Shown: one piece after another, positions 1-9,598 of the stretch
Layout: every line of letters starts with the position of its first letter
How positions within the stretch are numbered: the stretch's first letter is position 1
From: an uncultured Christensenella sp.
GTDB taxonomy: Bacteria; Bacillota; Clostridia; Christensenellales; UBA3700
Assembly (NCBI GenBank): GCA_910576875.1
Contig: CAJTKI010000003.1
Coordinates: 1 to 44,796, forward strand
DNA length: 44,796 nt
Reading direction: 5' to 3'
The notes under the pieces: generated by a model
What the model was told of the DNA's origin: nothing
The model's input: only the letters and a program-made list of their open reading frames with translations
The model's database searches: none
Program-made: the position numbers and the translations under genes

Positions 1-191
1 ACTTTACCGCCTCTCTTGATGTAACGCGTCATTGCGATACGAGCGGCTTCGATCTGATTGGACGTAACCCAGCTCGGCTCCATAGCGACCAATCCGAATT
101 CGCCGTACGCGATCTGATTGCCTTTGTTCGCCTTGCCGGTCAGTCTGCCGCGATGTACGCGACGTCTCTTAACTCTTTTGGGCATTAACAT
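1..191 (-). CDS. rplP: 50S ribosomal protein L16 (uL16), N-terminal part; the gene runs off the window start
   Basis: The reverse strand from 191 reads [63 protein letters not shown], a typical L16 N-terminus. Its ATG overlaps the rpsC stop (TAATG). It sits in the canonical position after rpsC. Confidence 0.9.
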   Translation of the reverse strand, partial: MLMPKRVKRRRVHRGRLTGKANKGNQIAYGEFGLVAMEPSWVTSNQIEAARIAMTRYIKRGGK

Positions 192-871
192 TACGCATTC
201 CCTCCTTCTTTGGCGTCGTTAGATCTGCCGCCGAGCACTTCGCCTTTGTAAATCCAAACTTTTACGCCGATCGCGCCGAACGTCGTGTGCGCGGTGGCTA
301 CGCCGTAATCGATGTCCGCACGCAGCGTCTGCAACGGAATCGAACCCTCGTGATAGCTCTCCGAACGCGCGATTTCCGCGCCGTCCAAACGTCCCGCGAC
401 CTTGGTCTTAACGCCCTTCGCGCCGCCCTTCATCGCACGGGAAATGCATTGTTTCATCGCGCGGCGGAACGCAACGCGCTTTTCCAACTGCGCCGCGATG
501 TTTTCCGCAACGAGCTGCGCGTCCACGTCCGGACGTTTGACTTCCAGTACGTTGATGTTGACGCTCTTCTTGGGAGCGAGCTTCATGACTTCTTTCTTGA
601 TGTCTTCCACGCCCGCGCCGGCTTTGCCGATGATGACGCCCGGTTTGGAAGTGTAGATATTGACGATTACGATATCGTTGGCGGACGACAAAATCCGGTT
701 GATCGTAATCTTGGAGATACCGCACTGATAATACTTTTTCTTCAAGTACTCTCTGATCTTGTGGTCTTCGATCAGGTTGTCGGAAAAGTTCTTTTTATCC
801 GCGAACCACTGTGCGTTCCAATCTTTGATGACGCCCACTCTCAAGCCGTGGGGGCTGACTTTCTGACCCAT
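191..871 (-). CDS. rpsC: 30S ribosomal protein S3 (uS3)
   Basis: 226-aa ORF starting [24 protein letters not shown], with KH and S3-C motifs. It follows S10-operon order. Confidence 0.97.
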   Translation of the reverse strand: MGQKVSPHGLRVGVIKDWNAQWFADKKNFSDNLIEDHKIREYLKKKYYQCGISKITINRILSSANDIVIVNIYTSKPGVIIGKAGAGVEDIKKEVMKLAPKKSVNINVLEVKRPDVDAQLVAENIAAQLEKRVAFRRAMKQCISRAMKGGAKGVKTKVAGRLDGAEIARSESYHEGSIPLQTLRADIDYGVATAHTTFGAIGVKVWIYKGEVLGGRSNDAKEGGNA

Positions 872-883
872 GGTAGTACCTCC

Positions 884-1270
884 TTACTTTGCCTCGTCCA
901 TGATGACGGTGATGTGGCTGGTGCGCTTGTTGATTCTGCCCGCGCTGCCCTTTGCTTTGGGCATAATGCGTTTGAGAATCGGACCCGCGTTCGCAAAGCA
1001 CTCCGCGACGTAGAGATCGCTCTTGTTCATATTGAGATTGTTCTCTGCGTTGGCGGCGGCGGATTCCAAAACTTTGAGCACCGGCTCGCTTGCGGCTTTG
1101 GGCGTGTTTTTGAGAATCGCAACCGCTTCGTTATACGTTCTTCCGCGGACGATATCCAATACGATACGCACCTTATCGGGAGAAATTCTGATATATTTTG
1201 CTACGGCGTGCGGACGCTTGTCTGCATTTTCTTTGCGCGCCGCCGCTTTTTCTCTGAGACGTTTCGCCAT
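884..1270 (-). CDS. rplV: 50S ribosomal protein L22 (uL22)
   Basis: 128-aa ORF containing AKYIRISPDKVRIVLDIVRGRTYNEAVAILKNTPKAAS, which is typical of L22. It lies between rpsS and rpsC. Confidence 0.97.
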   Translation of the reverse strand: MAKRLREKAAARKENADKRPHAVAKYIRISPDKVRIVLDIVRGRTYNEAVAILKNTPKAASEPVLKVLESAAANAENNLNMNKSDLYVAECFANAGPILKRIMPKAKGSAGRINKRTSHITVIMDEAK

Positions 1271-1281
1271 AACTTACCTCC

Positions 1282-1560
1282 TTACTTTCTGCCCGTGGTC
1301 TTTTCGCCTGCGTGTCCCTTAAAGGTACGTGTGGGCGCGAATTCGCCGAGTTTGCAACCGACCATGTCTTCCGTAACGTAGACGGGAACATGTTTTCTGC
1401 CGTCGTGTACGGCAATCGTATGTCCAACCATTTCCGGGAAGATCGTGGACGATCTGGACCAGGTCTTGACGACCTTCTTCTCGTTCGCTTCGTTCATCGC
1501 GACGATTCTGCCCAGCAGTCTCGCTTCCACATACGGTCCTTTTTTAACAGATCTGCTCAT
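1282..1560 (-). CDS. rpsS: 30S ribosomal protein S19 (uS19)
   Basis: 92-aa [19 protein letters not shown]...[32 protein letters not shown], the conserved S19 signature. Confidence 0.97.
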   Translation of the reverse strand: MSRSVKKGPYVEARLLGRIVAMNEANEKKVVKTWSRSSTIFPEMVGHTIAVHDGRKHVPVYVTEDMVGCKLGEFAPTRTFKGHAGEKTTGRK

Positions 1561-1574
1561 ACTTGCTGTTCCTC

Positions 1575-2399
1575 CTAGTTAATACGCTTGACAATGAACT
1601 TGTTGCTCTTGTTCTTCTTTCTGGTCTTGTAACCCAACGTCGGTTTACCCCACGGAGTCACAGGAGACGGCATACCGATCGGGGATTTGCCTTCGCCGCC
1701 GCCGTGCGGGTGATCGCAGGGGTTCATGACGACGCCGCGGACGGTGGGTTTGATGCCCATATGACGTTTGCGTCCCGCTTTACCGAGGCTGACGATCTCG
1801 TGATCCAGATTGCCGACTTGTCCGATGGTTGCCTTGCAGCGGATCGGAATGTAACGCATTTCGCCGCTGGGCAGTCTCAAAGTCGCGTATTTGCCTTCTT
1901 TTGCCATCAATTGCGCCGCATTGCCTGCCGAACGCGCGATCTGTCCGCCTTTGCCGGGATGCATCTCGATGTTGTGCACCATCGTACCGACGGGAATATT
2001 CGCGAGCGGGAGCGCATTGCCGGTCTTGATGTCGACGCTGTCGCCGCTCATGACCGTGTCGCCCTTGTTCAGACCGACCGGCGCGAGAATGTATCTCTTC
2101 TCGCCGTCCGCATAATGCAACAAAGCGATGTTTGCGCTGCGGTTGGGATCGTATTCGATCGACGCGACTTTTGCCGGAATGTTGTCCTTGTTGCGCTTAA
2201 AGTCGATGATACGGTATTTGTTTCTGTTGCCGCCGCCGATGTGACGGACGGTGATTCTGCCGTTGGCATTGCGGCCGCCCGACTTATTCTTGGATTCGAG
2301 CAAACTTCTCTCAGGCTTCGTCGTCGTAATTTCGCTGAACGTGGAAACCGTCATGAAACGACGCGCAGGAGATGTCGGTTTATAACGCTTAATAGCCAT
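1575..2399 (-). CDS. rplB: 50S ribosomal protein L2 (uL2)
   Basis: 274-aa [21 protein letters not shown]...[21 protein letters not shown], the L2 signature. Confidence 0.97.
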   Translation of the reverse strand: MAIKRYKPTSPARRFMTVSTFSEITTTKPERSLLESKNKSGGRNANGRITVRHIGGGNRNKYRIIDFKRNKDNIPAKVASIEYDPNRSANIALLHYADGEKRYILAPVGLNKGDTVMSGDSVDIKTGNALPLANIPVGTMVHNIEMHPGKGGQIARSAGNAAQLMAKEGKYATLRLPSGEMRYIPIRCKATIGQVGNLDHEIVSLGKAGRKRHMGIKPTVRGVVMNPCDHPHGGGEGKSPIGMPSPVTPWGKPTLGYKTRKKNKSNKFIVKRIN

Positions 2400-2417
2400 T
2401 TCTCTTTATCCTCCCGA

Positions 2418-2708
2418 TTACGCCAAGCTGTCGAAAAATTCGATCGGCTTGCTGTCTTCTTTGAGCTGAACGATCGCTTTTTTGTAAGCGGCGGTTCTGC
2501 CTTCGTTTCTGCCCATTCTCTTGATCTTGCCGTCGTAGTTGGCGGTATTGACCTTTTCGACTTTCACGCCGAAGATGTCTTCCACCGCGACTTTGATCTG
2601 CGTCTTGGTCGCGCAGGTCGCTACTTTGAAAGTATATTTCTTGTTGGCGATCCCGTCATAACTCTTCTCGGTCAGCACCGGGCTGATGATCACGTCGTAC
2701 TTATTCAT
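2418..2708 (-). CDS. rplW: 50S ribosomal protein L23 (uL23)
   Basis: The true start is the internal [17 protein letters not shown] (96 aa). Its ATG overlaps the rplD stop (TAATG at 2706-2710). The longer ORF-track N-terminus is Arg-rich junk. Confidence 0.93.
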   Translation of the reverse strand: MNKYDVIISPVLTEKSYDGIANKKYTFKVATCATKTQIKVAVEDIFGVKVEKVNTANYDGKIKRMGRNEGRTAAYKKAIVQLKEDSKPIEFFDSLA

Positions 2709-3328
2709 TACGCATATACCTCCTCGAGTTTCTCGACCGCGGCACGGGTAACGATGCACTTGGCGTTGGCGGCGAGCTCGTATACGTTGACCAGCTCCGC
2801 CTCGATCACCTTGACGGTCGGGATGTTGGCGCATGCTCTGACGACTGCGGCGTCCACGCCGGCGGTGACGATCAGCACCTTTTTGTCGATCGCAAACGCT
2901 TTGAGCATCTGCGCGATGTACTTGGTCTTGACTTCGCTCAGTTCAATCTTGTCGACGACGATCAGATTGCTGTCCGCAACCTTGGCGCTCAACGCGCTGA
3001 TCGTAGCGACGCGCTTCATCTTCTTATTGATCTTCTGGCTGAAATCTCTTTGCTTGGGCGCGAACACGACGCCGCCGCCCGTCCATTGCGGACTGCGAAT
3101 GCTGCCCTGTCTGGCGCGACCCGTGCCCTTTTGTCTCCACGGCTTTTTGCCGCCGCCGCGCACTTCCGAACGGGTCAGAGTGCTCTTGTTGCCCTGTCTT
3201 TTGTTGGCGAGCTGCGCAACGACTACCTGATGAATCAGCGCTTCGTTGTATTCCTGTCCGAAGACGGCAGCGTTCAATTCCATTTCGCCTACTTTCTGAG
3301 CGTTCATATTAAAGATATCGGTTTTCAT
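2708..3328 (-). CDS. rplD: 50S ribosomal protein L4 (uL4)
   Basis: 206-aa ORF with [38 protein letters not shown], the L4 signature. Confidence 0.95.
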   Translation of the reverse strand: MKTDIFNMNAQKVGEMELNAAVFGQEYNEALIHQVVVAQLANKRQGNKSTLTRSEVRGGGKKPWRQKGTGRARQGSIRSPQWTGGGVVFAPKQRDFSQKINKKMKRVATISALSAKVADSNLIVVDKIELSEVKTKYIAQMLKAFAIDKKVLIVTAGVDAAVVRACANIPTVKVIEAELVNVYELAANAKCIVTRAAVEKLEEVYA

Positions 3329-3339
3329 ATGTCACTCCT

Positions 3340-3966
3340 TTAACCCTTGATTTGCTTGACGACGACCACGCCGCCCTTCGCGCCCGGGATCGCTCCCTTG
3401 ATCAGCAGCAGGTTGCGCGCCGCGTCCACGCGGACGACAGTCAGGTTCTTGACCGTAACGCGCTCGTTACCCCAATGTCCGGACATCTTCTTGTTCTTGA
3501 AGACGCGGGACGGAGTCGAGTTCGCCGACATGGAACCTACGCCTCTGTGGTAACCGGAGCCGTGCGCCATCGGTCCGCAGTGATGATTCCATCTCTTGAC
3601 CGCGCCGGTAAATCCGTGTCCCTTGCTCGTACCGACCACGTCGACCACGTCGCCTTCGGCAAAAACGTCGCACTTGACTTCTTGTCCCGGCTCGTAAGCG
3701 CCGCAATCGTCGAACTTAAATTCTTTGAGAACTCTTCTGGGTTCCACGTTCGCCTTTTTGTAATGGCCTGCCAAGGGCTTACCGACGTTCTTTACTTTGA
3801 TCGCCCCGTATGCGAGCTGTACGGCTTCGTAACCGTCTACGCTCAGGGTCTTCTTTTGTACGACGGGGCAGGGTCCTGCCTCGACGACCGTCACCGGAAT
3901 CACTTTGCCGTCCGGCGTAAAGATTTGGCTCATGCCCAATTTTCTTCCAATGATTGCTTTATTCAT
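3340..3966 (-). CDS. rplC: 50S ribosomal protein L3 (uL3)
   Basis: 208-aa [36 protein letters not shown]...[17 protein letters not shown], the L3 signature. Confidence 0.97.
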   Translation of the reverse strand: MNKAIIGRKLGMSQIFTPDGKVIPVTVVEAGPCPVVQKKTLSVDGYEAVQLAYGAIKVKNVGKPLAGHYKKANVEPRRVLKEFKFDDCGAYEPGQEVKCDVFAEGDVVDVVGTSKGHGFTGAVKRWNHHCGPMAHGSGYHRGVGSMSANSTPSRVFKNKKMSGHWGNERVTVKNLTVVRVDAARNLLLIKGAIPGAKGGVVVVKQIKG

Positions 3967-4021
3967 AGATAAAGTTCACCTCCATATATTTTGATTGCTC
4001 GCGCAATCGCTTGTGTCCAGA

Positions 4022-4330
4022 TTACAGTTTGATATTGATATCCACGCCCGCCGGCAAATCCAGTTTCATCAACGCGTCCACCGCTTTGGCGGTCGGATTG
4101 TAAATATCGATGATGCGCTTGTGCGTACGCAATTCGAATTGCTCGCGGCTGTCCTTGTACTTGTGCACCGCGCGCAAAATCGTCACGACTTCCTTCTCGG
4201 TCGGAAGCGGAATGGGTCCCGCGACTTTGACGCCGCTGCGCTTGACGGTCTCGACGATTTTGTCCGCCGCCACGTCGATCAGGTTGTGATCGTAAGCTCT
4301 AAGTCTGATTCTGATTTTTTGTCCTGCCAT
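4022..4330 (-). CDS. rpsJ: 30S ribosomal protein S10 (uS10)
   Basis: The true start is [19 protein letters not shown] (102 aa), preceded by GGAGAAGGAGAAACATC. The ORF-track upstream extension is non-coding leader. Confidence 0.95.
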   Translation of the reverse strand: MAGQKIRIRLRAYDHNLIDVAADKIVETVKRSGVKVAGPIPLPTEKEVVTILRAVHKYKDSREQFELRTHKRIIDIYNPTAKAVDALMKLDLPAGVDINIKL

Positions 4331-4514
4331 GATGTTTCTCCTTCTCCTAACTGATTTTTCTTTTACACGCATCCGTGTGTTCCGCACCGCACCTGTTAAA
4401 AAGGACCGCAGAAAAGCCCTTTCGTTAGTCGCCCGATTGTCGGACTCTTGTCGGCATAAGTTCTCCCGCAATGTGGTAACCTTATGCGTCATCCCGTATG
4501 CACGATGCCTGTAT

Positions 4515-4544
4515 ATCTTAAAAGATCCGCCCTGCCGATGTCAA
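4515..4544 (-). promoter_or_regulatory. Candidate sigma-A promoter of the S10 operon
   Basis: The minus strand reads TTGACA (4544-4539), an 18-nt spacer, then TAAGAT (4520-4515). This is about 185 nt upstream of the rpsJ ATG. Confidence 0.5.
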
Positions 4545-4684
4545 CAAAACGTGCAAACATTTTGCAAAAACAAATGTAAAATTTATGTAAAATCTTGTTT
4601 TCGAACGCACAAACCGCGGATCTTGCGGACAAACTCGTCGTTTGGCACATCGCAAACGACGGCGCGCGCCGCCGCGCCCGATAC

Positions 4685-4713
4685 TTCCCAAACGCAAAAA
4701 AACATGCTATACT
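4685..4713 (+). promoter_or_regulatory. Candidate promoter with extended -10 driving a leaderless transcript
   Basis: TTCCCA (4685-4690), a 17-nt spacer, then TGcTATACT with the -10 hexamer at 4708-4713. The A of the ATG at 4720 is exactly 7 nt after the -10, and there is no SD sequence between them. Confidence 0.5.
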
Positions 4714-4719
4714 GTACCC

Positions 4720-5292
4720 ATGTATCTATGGCTTGCAATCGACGTCGACCGACAACTCGCTTCGGCGCGGCGCGCCGCGGAACAACTCTCGCCGTCGATC
4801 GGCGACGGCCATCCGGCGCTGACGCTGCCGCTGCACGTCTCCGTGCGCATGTCGTTCCCGATCCCGAAGCAGGACGCTCCCGATTTGATCCGCCGCATCG
4901 ACGCGTATTTCGGGACGATCTCGCCGTTCCGCATCGCGGCGCGCAAAATCGAAAAATGCGGCGACACGGTTCGCATCCGCATGCGCGGCGGACGCATGCT
5001 CCGCAAGATACATCGGGACTTGCTTGCGCTGACGCAGCGGGAATTCGGCATACCGCCGCATCCGCTGGACGGCGATTTCGTATTCCATACGACGTTGTTT
5101 GTCCATTCGGACGCGCGCGCCGTGGATCGGGCGTACGCCGCCCTGCGACAAATACCGCTGCCGAAATATCTGACGGCGTCCCGACTGCTCGTCGGTTGCT
5201 CCGAGACGGGTCGCGCGGACGATTACCGCGTCCTGCGCGCAACGGAGCTTTCGACCGCGGTTATGCGATCCGATCCGTTCGAGCAACAATGA
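4720..5292 (+). CDS. 2H phosphoesterase superfamily protein (LigT / 2'-5' RNA ligase-like)
   Basis: 190 aa from MYLWLAIDV. It has two H-x-T/S-x motifs at the expected spacing (LHVSV and FHTTL), and its size is typical of LigT-like proteins. Confidence 0.7.
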   Translation: MYLWLAIDVDRQLASARRAAEQLSPSIGDGHPALTLPLHVSVRMSFPIPKQDAPDLIRRIDAYFGTISPFRIAARKIEKCGDTVRIRMRGGRMLRKIHRDLLALTQREFGIPPHPLDGDFVFHTTLFVHSDARAVDRAYAALRQIPLPKYLTASRLLVGCSETGRADDYRVLRATELSTAVMRSDPFEQQ

Positions 5293-5294
5293 CA

Positions 5295-5326
5295 AAACTC
5301 CGACGCCTGCGTAAGCGTCGGAGTTT
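5295..5326. terminator. Hairpin between convergent genes (terminator candidate)
   Basis: Perfect 12-bp stem AAACTCCGACGC / GCGTCGGAGTTT with an 8-nt loop. It lies between the 2H gene (+) and the DUF1858 gene (-). Confidence 0.6.
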
Positions 5327-5347
5327 CGTCGATCGTCCGAAGACGGT

Positions 5348-5548
5348 TTATTTCGCCGCTGCTTCGTTGAGCTTCGCGACCAATTCGTCTACGTCCACAT
5401 TGTGCACTGCCGCGGCCTGCTCGATCGTCTCGCCGCTCGCCATCGCGCAGCCCAGACAATGCATGCCGATGCCGAAAAGCACCTGCGCAATCTCTTCGAC
5501 GTTGCCTTGTTGCAACATATCGGAAATCAACATATCCTTCGTGATCAT
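5348..5548 (-). CDS. DUF1858 / hybrid-cluster-protein-associated redox disulfide protein
   Basis: 66-aa MITKDMLISDMLQ...GMHCLGCAMASGETIEQAAAVHNVDVDELVAKLN, with the characteristic CxxC core. The RBS is AAAGGAGA. Confidence 0.75.
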   Translation of the reverse strand: MITKDMLISDMLQQGNVEEIAQVLFGIGMHCLGCAMASGETIEQAAAVHNVDVDELVAKLNEAAAK

Positions 5549-5621
5549 AATCGTATTTCTCCTTTCTGCCGTAGCAGGTTGTTATTGATAGTATTTGTTC
5601 GGTTCGTTCCGAATATCCGCG

Positions 5622-6734
5622 TCACAACACATACGTCATCAGCAACCAGACCGCCAAAGCGATCAATCCGCTGCCGACGAGCACGGTGATCAGGACTTTC
5701 CACGGCGACACTGGATACTTGCCGACGACGCGCCGGTTGCGACCGTTGACGATACAGCCGTACCTTTTCTTGTAATAGGTATAGCGGATGCTCCAAATCG
5801 GCGCGAGCACGTACTTGTACGTCGTGTCGGCATGCGAAACGCGCATCTTGACATAATCGACGACGTCCGCGTTATACCGCGCGATGATCTGTGCGCGCAA
5901 CCGATCGCGCACGATTTCGTCCGCTTTTTCCCAACTCTCGTCCAGCCCGCTGCTGTAACGTTCGCTGTCGAAGCCGGCGACGAACTGGCTGTGATACTGC
6001 ACGCTGTTGCCGCTGTCGAATCCGCCGATCTTTTCCATCTGCGACTGCGTGATCATGCGGCTCGCCTCGATCTGCACGTCGTCGAAAAACGAACTGATGA
6101 ATCCGTCCCGAACGTACCACCGCGTACGCGTCTCGGTACGACGGTTTTTGCCGCTGCCGACCGTGACAGTGTAATGCTGTCCGTAACGGATCGTATAGTC
6201 CGCGCCGGCTTGCGTATCAAACGTAAACAACGGGATGTAAATGCCGTGCGCATCGTCGCGTTTGGCGAGTTTGCTCAATCGGAACGGCGCGAACAACTTG
6301 CCCTTGATCCACTTGCGATACGCCGTATACGCCCCTTCCTCGTCCACCGCGAACGGCAATATCCCGTTGGGTTTCAAGCCTTCGGTTTGGTCGAGTTCGA
6401 CGACGTGCGGCGCGCCGCAAAACGGACATTTGGTCGCCGTGCTGAACGCCGCCAACTGCGTCACCGCGCCGCAATCGCCGCAACGGATGGTCTTGACGTC
6501 GCCCCACGGCTCGTATTCCGGCTCGCTGCCTTCGTTGTACGTCAGTTCCATCGCGCGCGGGCAGTCATGAATCGGATACAGGTTGCCGCAATGCGCGCAT
6601 TTGAGCTTACGCGTTGCCGGATCGTATCGCAAAAAGTTGCCGCACGAGTCGCACTTATACGTGCGCGTCGCGAGTTCTTCGCGTTCGTTACCGCCGCCTT
6701 GCACATCCGTCTGTGCGCGTTCTTCCCCGATCAT
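5622..6734 (-). CDS. Zinc-ribbon membrane protein, YdjG-like partner of SPFH proteins
   Basis: 370 aa with two N-terminal CxxC...CxxC ribbons (CDSCGN..CAHCGN and CGDCGA..CPFCGA) and a C-terminal TM helix (VLITVLVGSGLIALAVWLLMTYVL). It lies directly downstream of the YdjI-like gene. Confidence 0.6.
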   Translation of the reverse strand: MIGEERAQTDVQGGGNEREELATRTYKCDSCGNFLRYDPATRKLKCAHCGNLYPIHDCPRAMELTYNEGSEPEYEPWGDVKTIRCGDCGAVTQLAAFSTATKCPFCGAPHVVELDQTEGLKPNGILPFAVDEEGAYTAYRKWIKGKLFAPFRLSKLAKRDDAHGIYIPLFTFDTQAGADYTIRYGQHYTVTVGSGKNRRTETRTRWYVRDGFISSFFDDVQIEASRMITQSQMEKIGGFDSGNSVQYHSQFVAGFDSERYSSGLDESWEKADEIVRDRLRAQIIARYNADVVDYVKMRVSHADTTYKYVLAPIWSIRYTYYKKRYGCIVNGRNRRVVGKYPVSPWKVLITVLVGSGLIALAVWLLMTYVL

Positions 6735-6746
6735 AGCGCGCTTAAC

Positions 6747-7868
6747 TTACAACGACTGTCCGCATTCCGGACAGAACTTCGCGCCCGCGGCGCATTTGTG
6801 CCCGCACTTGGAGCAGACGCGATCCGCCAGATTCTGACCGCAATTGGGGCAGAACTTCGCATTGGCTTTGACGCCCGTGCCGCACTTGGGACAAACTTTG
6901 CCCTCCGCCTGCATGGACTTGCCGCAATCGGGACAGAACTTCGCGCCCTGCTTGACCTGCGCGCCGCAATGCGGACAAACGGCGCTCGCCGTCGGCTCCT
7001 GCATCGCGTCGTTCATATTGGAAGCAAACATTCTGCCGATCCCGACGCCCGCGCCCAAACCGACGCCCATGTTCGCCATACCGCCCGGATTCTTGGCGGC
7101 GTCGCGCATCGCGCCCACGCTCTCCATCTGCGCATAGCTGTGCATGCTGCCGTCCAAGACGCCGATCTGCGTACGTTTGTCCATCATCTTCTCGACTTCG
7201 GGCGGCAAAGACAAATTCTCGACGACGAGCTCTTTGAGCTCGATGCCGATCTTCTCGAAGCTTTCGGCAGCCTTGCGGCTCGCCAGTTGCGAAATCTCGC
7301 TGTAATTCATCGCCAGATCGAGCGCGGGAACTTGCAGTTCCGCAATCGACTCGGACAGTACCGAGACGAGAATCTTGCGGAAATATTCGTCCACGTTGCG
7401 CACGCTCAGCGTTTGGAGCGCCCCGAACAGCTCGTTCATCGCCGCCGTCGGCGTACCCACTGCGAACGAATACGTCCCGAATCCGCGCACGCGCACCATG
7501 CCGAATTCCTTGTCCCGCATCATGATCGGGTTGGACGTGCCCCATTTGTTGTTGATAAACTGCCGCGTCGAAATAAAATACACGTCGCCCGTATACGGAC
7601 TTTCCCATGCGAATTTCCAGTTATACAGCGCCGTCAACAACGGAATGTTGCGGATATCGCTCAATTCATACGTGCCCGGTCCGAATACGTCCGCCAGTTT
7701 GCCTTCCTGAATGAACAGCGCTTTTTGTCCTTCGCGTACAACGAGCTGCGACTTGCGCATGATCTCTTCTTTGCGATCCAACGGATATTGCCATACGATC
7801 GTCTGCGGATCCGCGTTCTCCCATTGAATGACCTTGCGGAATTGACGTTTCAAAAACTCAAATGCCAT
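6747..7868 (-). CDS. SPFH/band-7 family protein, YdjI-like, with a C-terminal triple double-zinc-ribbon tail
   Basis: The start is MAFEFLKRQF, after GGAGGAAGAGAT. The block VIQWEN...VVREGQKALFIQEGKLADVFGPGTYEL...ESPYTGDVYFISTRQF resembles B. subtilis YdjI as I recall it. The tail carries three CPxCG..AKFCPxCG units. Confidence 0.8.
   Translation of the reverse strand: MAFEFLKRQFRKVIQWENADPQTIVWQYPLDRKEEIMRKSQLVVREGQKALFIQEGKLADVFGPGTYELSDIRNIPLLTALYNWKFAWESPYTGDVYFISTRQFINNKWGTSNPIMMRDKEFGMVRVRGFGTYSFAVGTPTAAMNELFGALQTLSVRNVDEYFRKILVSVLSESIAELQVPALDLAMNYSEISQLASRKAAESFEKIGIELKELVVENLSLPPEVEKMMDKRTQIGVLDGSMHSYAQMESVGAMRDAAKNPGGMANMGVGLGAGVGIGRMFASNMNDAMQEPTASAVCPHCGAQVKQGAKFCPDCGKSMQAEGKVCPKCGTGVKANAKFCPNCGQNLADRVCSKCGHKCAAGAKFCPECGQSL
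6750..6980 (-). repeat. Three tandem coding repeats (23-28 codons each) that encode the double zinc ribbons
   Basis: Peptide units are VCPHCGAQVKQGAKFCPDCGKSMQAEGK, VCPKCGTGVKANAKFCPNCGQNLADR and VCSKCGHKCAAGAKFCPECGQSL. The DNA shows recurring GG(A/G)CAGAACTTCGC(G/A) strings. Confidence 0.7.
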
Positions 7869-7917
7869 ATCTCTTCCTCCTGTCCGCATGCACGCGCGCA
7901 TACGGCTGTACGTATTT

Positions 7918-7946
7918 ATTTTATGATATTTGACGGCGGATGTCAA
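7918..7946 (-). promoter_or_regulatory. Candidate promoter of the SPFH operon
   Basis: The minus strand reads TTGACA (7946-7941), a 17-nt spacer, then TAAAAT (7923-7918). Confidence 0.5.
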
Positions 7947-8004
7947 CTGCCTTTTTATACTCGCGCGCGGTCATAAGCGCGCGCCCGCATTCATACCGTA
8001 GAAT

Positions 8005-9441
8005 ATGAAACGCCTGCGAATCGCAGCCCTGCCGCTGCTCCTTGTCCTTGTGCCGACGCTTGCGATGTGCGTCGCGTTCTGCGTCGCGCTGTGCGCGCCC
8101 GCCGCGCCTCTTACCCGATACACGCTGTGGATCGACGCCGATCCCGACACGCATACGGTATCGATATCTCAAAGCGTCGTATGGCGCAATGACGTCGCTC
8201 CGATCGAGCAATTGCTCTTCCAGTGCTATCCGCTCGCATACGGCTCCGATCGCCCGTTGCCGATCAGCGCCGAAAGCGCCGCCCGCGCCTATCCGCGCGG
8301 CGCGGATTACGCGCGATTCCGCCTGCAATCGGTCGATGCCGATCGTCCGATCTCCTATGAGCTGGATGCGGACGACGCGTTGCTGCGCATCTCGTTCGCC
8401 CGACCGCTCCCCGTCGGGCACGAGACGACCTTCCGCTTTTGCTACGAGATCGATCTGCCTTACAACCTGCTCCGTCTGGGCTACACCGAACGCGATATGC
8501 GCATCACCGGTTGCTATCTCCAACTCTGTCCCTTCCTGTCCGGTACGCAGCGCGCCGTGCCGTATGCGCCGATCGGCGACCCGATCGTCAACGAACGCGC
8601 CGACTACGCCGTCACGTTTTGCGTACCCGACGGATATACGTACGCTTGCAGCGGCGTATCGTCGTCCTATGTGCAAGACGGCGAAACGCTTGTGCGCGCG
8701 CAAGCGCGCGGCATTCGCGACTTTGCGCTTGCGCTGTCGCAAGGCACGCGCCACGAACGCATGCACGACGGCATACCGATCGCATACCTTGCAAGTTCGG
8801 ACGACGATCCCGCGCGCACGCTGGACGTGATATGCCGCGCGTTGGACGTCTATACCCGACTGTACGGCGCGTATCCGTACGACGGATTGCAGATCGCGCA
8901 GACGCCGTTCGTCGCGGGCGGTATGGAATACGGCGCGTTTGCATTGATCGCGGACGATCTGTCCGACGCGGCGCACGAAACGGTGCTCGCGCACGAGATC
9001 GCGCATCAATGGTGGTACGGCGCGGTCGGCAACGACGCGTACGAACACGCCTGGATGGACGAAGGGCTTGCCCAGTACGCGACCTACCGCTATTATCTTG
9101 CGGTCGATATGCCGTCGTACGCAGCCTATTTCGCCCGTACGGCGCGCGACGCGTACGATCTGTATTTACAATCCTCGCCCGACCTGCGCGGCGCGCTGTC
9201 GACGCCGCTCGATCGCTATGCGTCCGAACTCGACTATACGCGTTGCGTCTACGACAAGGGACTGCTGCTGTGGTTGCAGGCGGAGACGCTGTTCGGCGAA
9301 GACACCGTCCGAGACGCGTTGCGCGCGTACCGCGACCGCTGCGGCGGCGCGATCGCGACGCCGGACGATCTGTGGCAGGCGCTCGACGAGACGCGGGCAG
9401 GCGCGGGCACGCTGTTGCGTCAATGGGCGATCCGCGCATAA
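8005..9441 (+). CDS. M1-family zinc metallopeptidase (aminopeptidase N-like), secreted or membrane anchored
   Basis: 478 aa with a hydrophobic N-terminal signal. The HEIAHQWWYG motif is followed by WMDEGLAQY, which gives HEXXH plus the downstream Glu. Confidence 0.85.
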   Translation: MKRLRIAALPLLLVLVPTLAMCVAFCVALCAPAAPLTRYTLWIDADPDTHTVSISQSVVWRNDVAPIEQLLFQCYPLAYGSDRPLPISAESAARAYPRGADYARFRLQSVDADRPISYELDADDALLRISFARPLPVGHETTFRFCYEIDLPYNLLRLGYTERDMRITGCYLQLCPFLSGTQRAVPYAPIGDPIVNERADYAVTFCVPDGYTYACSGVSSSYVQDGETLVRAQARGIRDFALALSQGTRHERMHDGIPIAYLASSDDDPARTLDVICRALDVYTRLYGAYPYDGLQIAQTPFVAGGMEYGAFALIADDLSDAAHETVLAHEIAHQWWYGAVGNDAYEHAWMDEGLAQYATYRYYLAVDMPSYAAYFARTARDAYDLYLQSSPDLRGALSTPLDRYASELDYTRCVYDKGLLLWLQAETLFGEDTVRDALRAYRDRCGGAIATPDDLWQALDETRAGAGTLLRQWAIRA

Positions 9442-9598
9442 TGCCGCTCCGCATCGCCGCGCTTGTCGATCGGCGCTTGCATCGCGCGACAGCTGATCTC
9501 GAACGCGTTGCGCGCAGCCGACCGCATGCAATCGCGACAAACGCAAACCGACCGGAGCTTTCCGGTTGGCGCATATCGCGTTTACGACGCAACGCGTC

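Noticed and set aside
4022-4492. N-terminal extensions in the ORF track for rpsJ, rplW (to 2834), the DAHP synthase (to 22987), the SPFH gene (to 7946), the GNAT gene (to 38343), the zinc-ribbon gene (to 42025), rsmA, tatD, the radical SAM gene and others
   Set aside because: In each case the conserved protein begins at an internal Met or Val preceded by a good SD. The extension is Arg-rich, overlaps the upstream gene or an intergenic promoter, and has no counterpart in the family.
5595-7976. 793-aa plus-strand ORF, and similar very long ORFs at 14279-17002 (+), 16833-18881 (+), 18730-20739 (+), 22991-25996 (-), 1563-3230 (+), 7921-9048 (-), 9904-11418 (-) and 31838-33796 (+)
   Set aside because: All of them lie antisense to, or out of frame with, genes that carry unmistakable family motifs. 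Their translations are Arg/Ala/Asp/His-rich with no recognisable motifs, SDs or sensible starts. They are typical stop-codon-poor shadow frames of GC-rich DNA.
7999-8007. TAGAAT immediately before the M1 peptidase ATG as a leaderless promoter
   Set aside because: The hexamer abuts the ATG, so transcription would start inside the coding region. The spacing is wrong for a leaderless mRNA.
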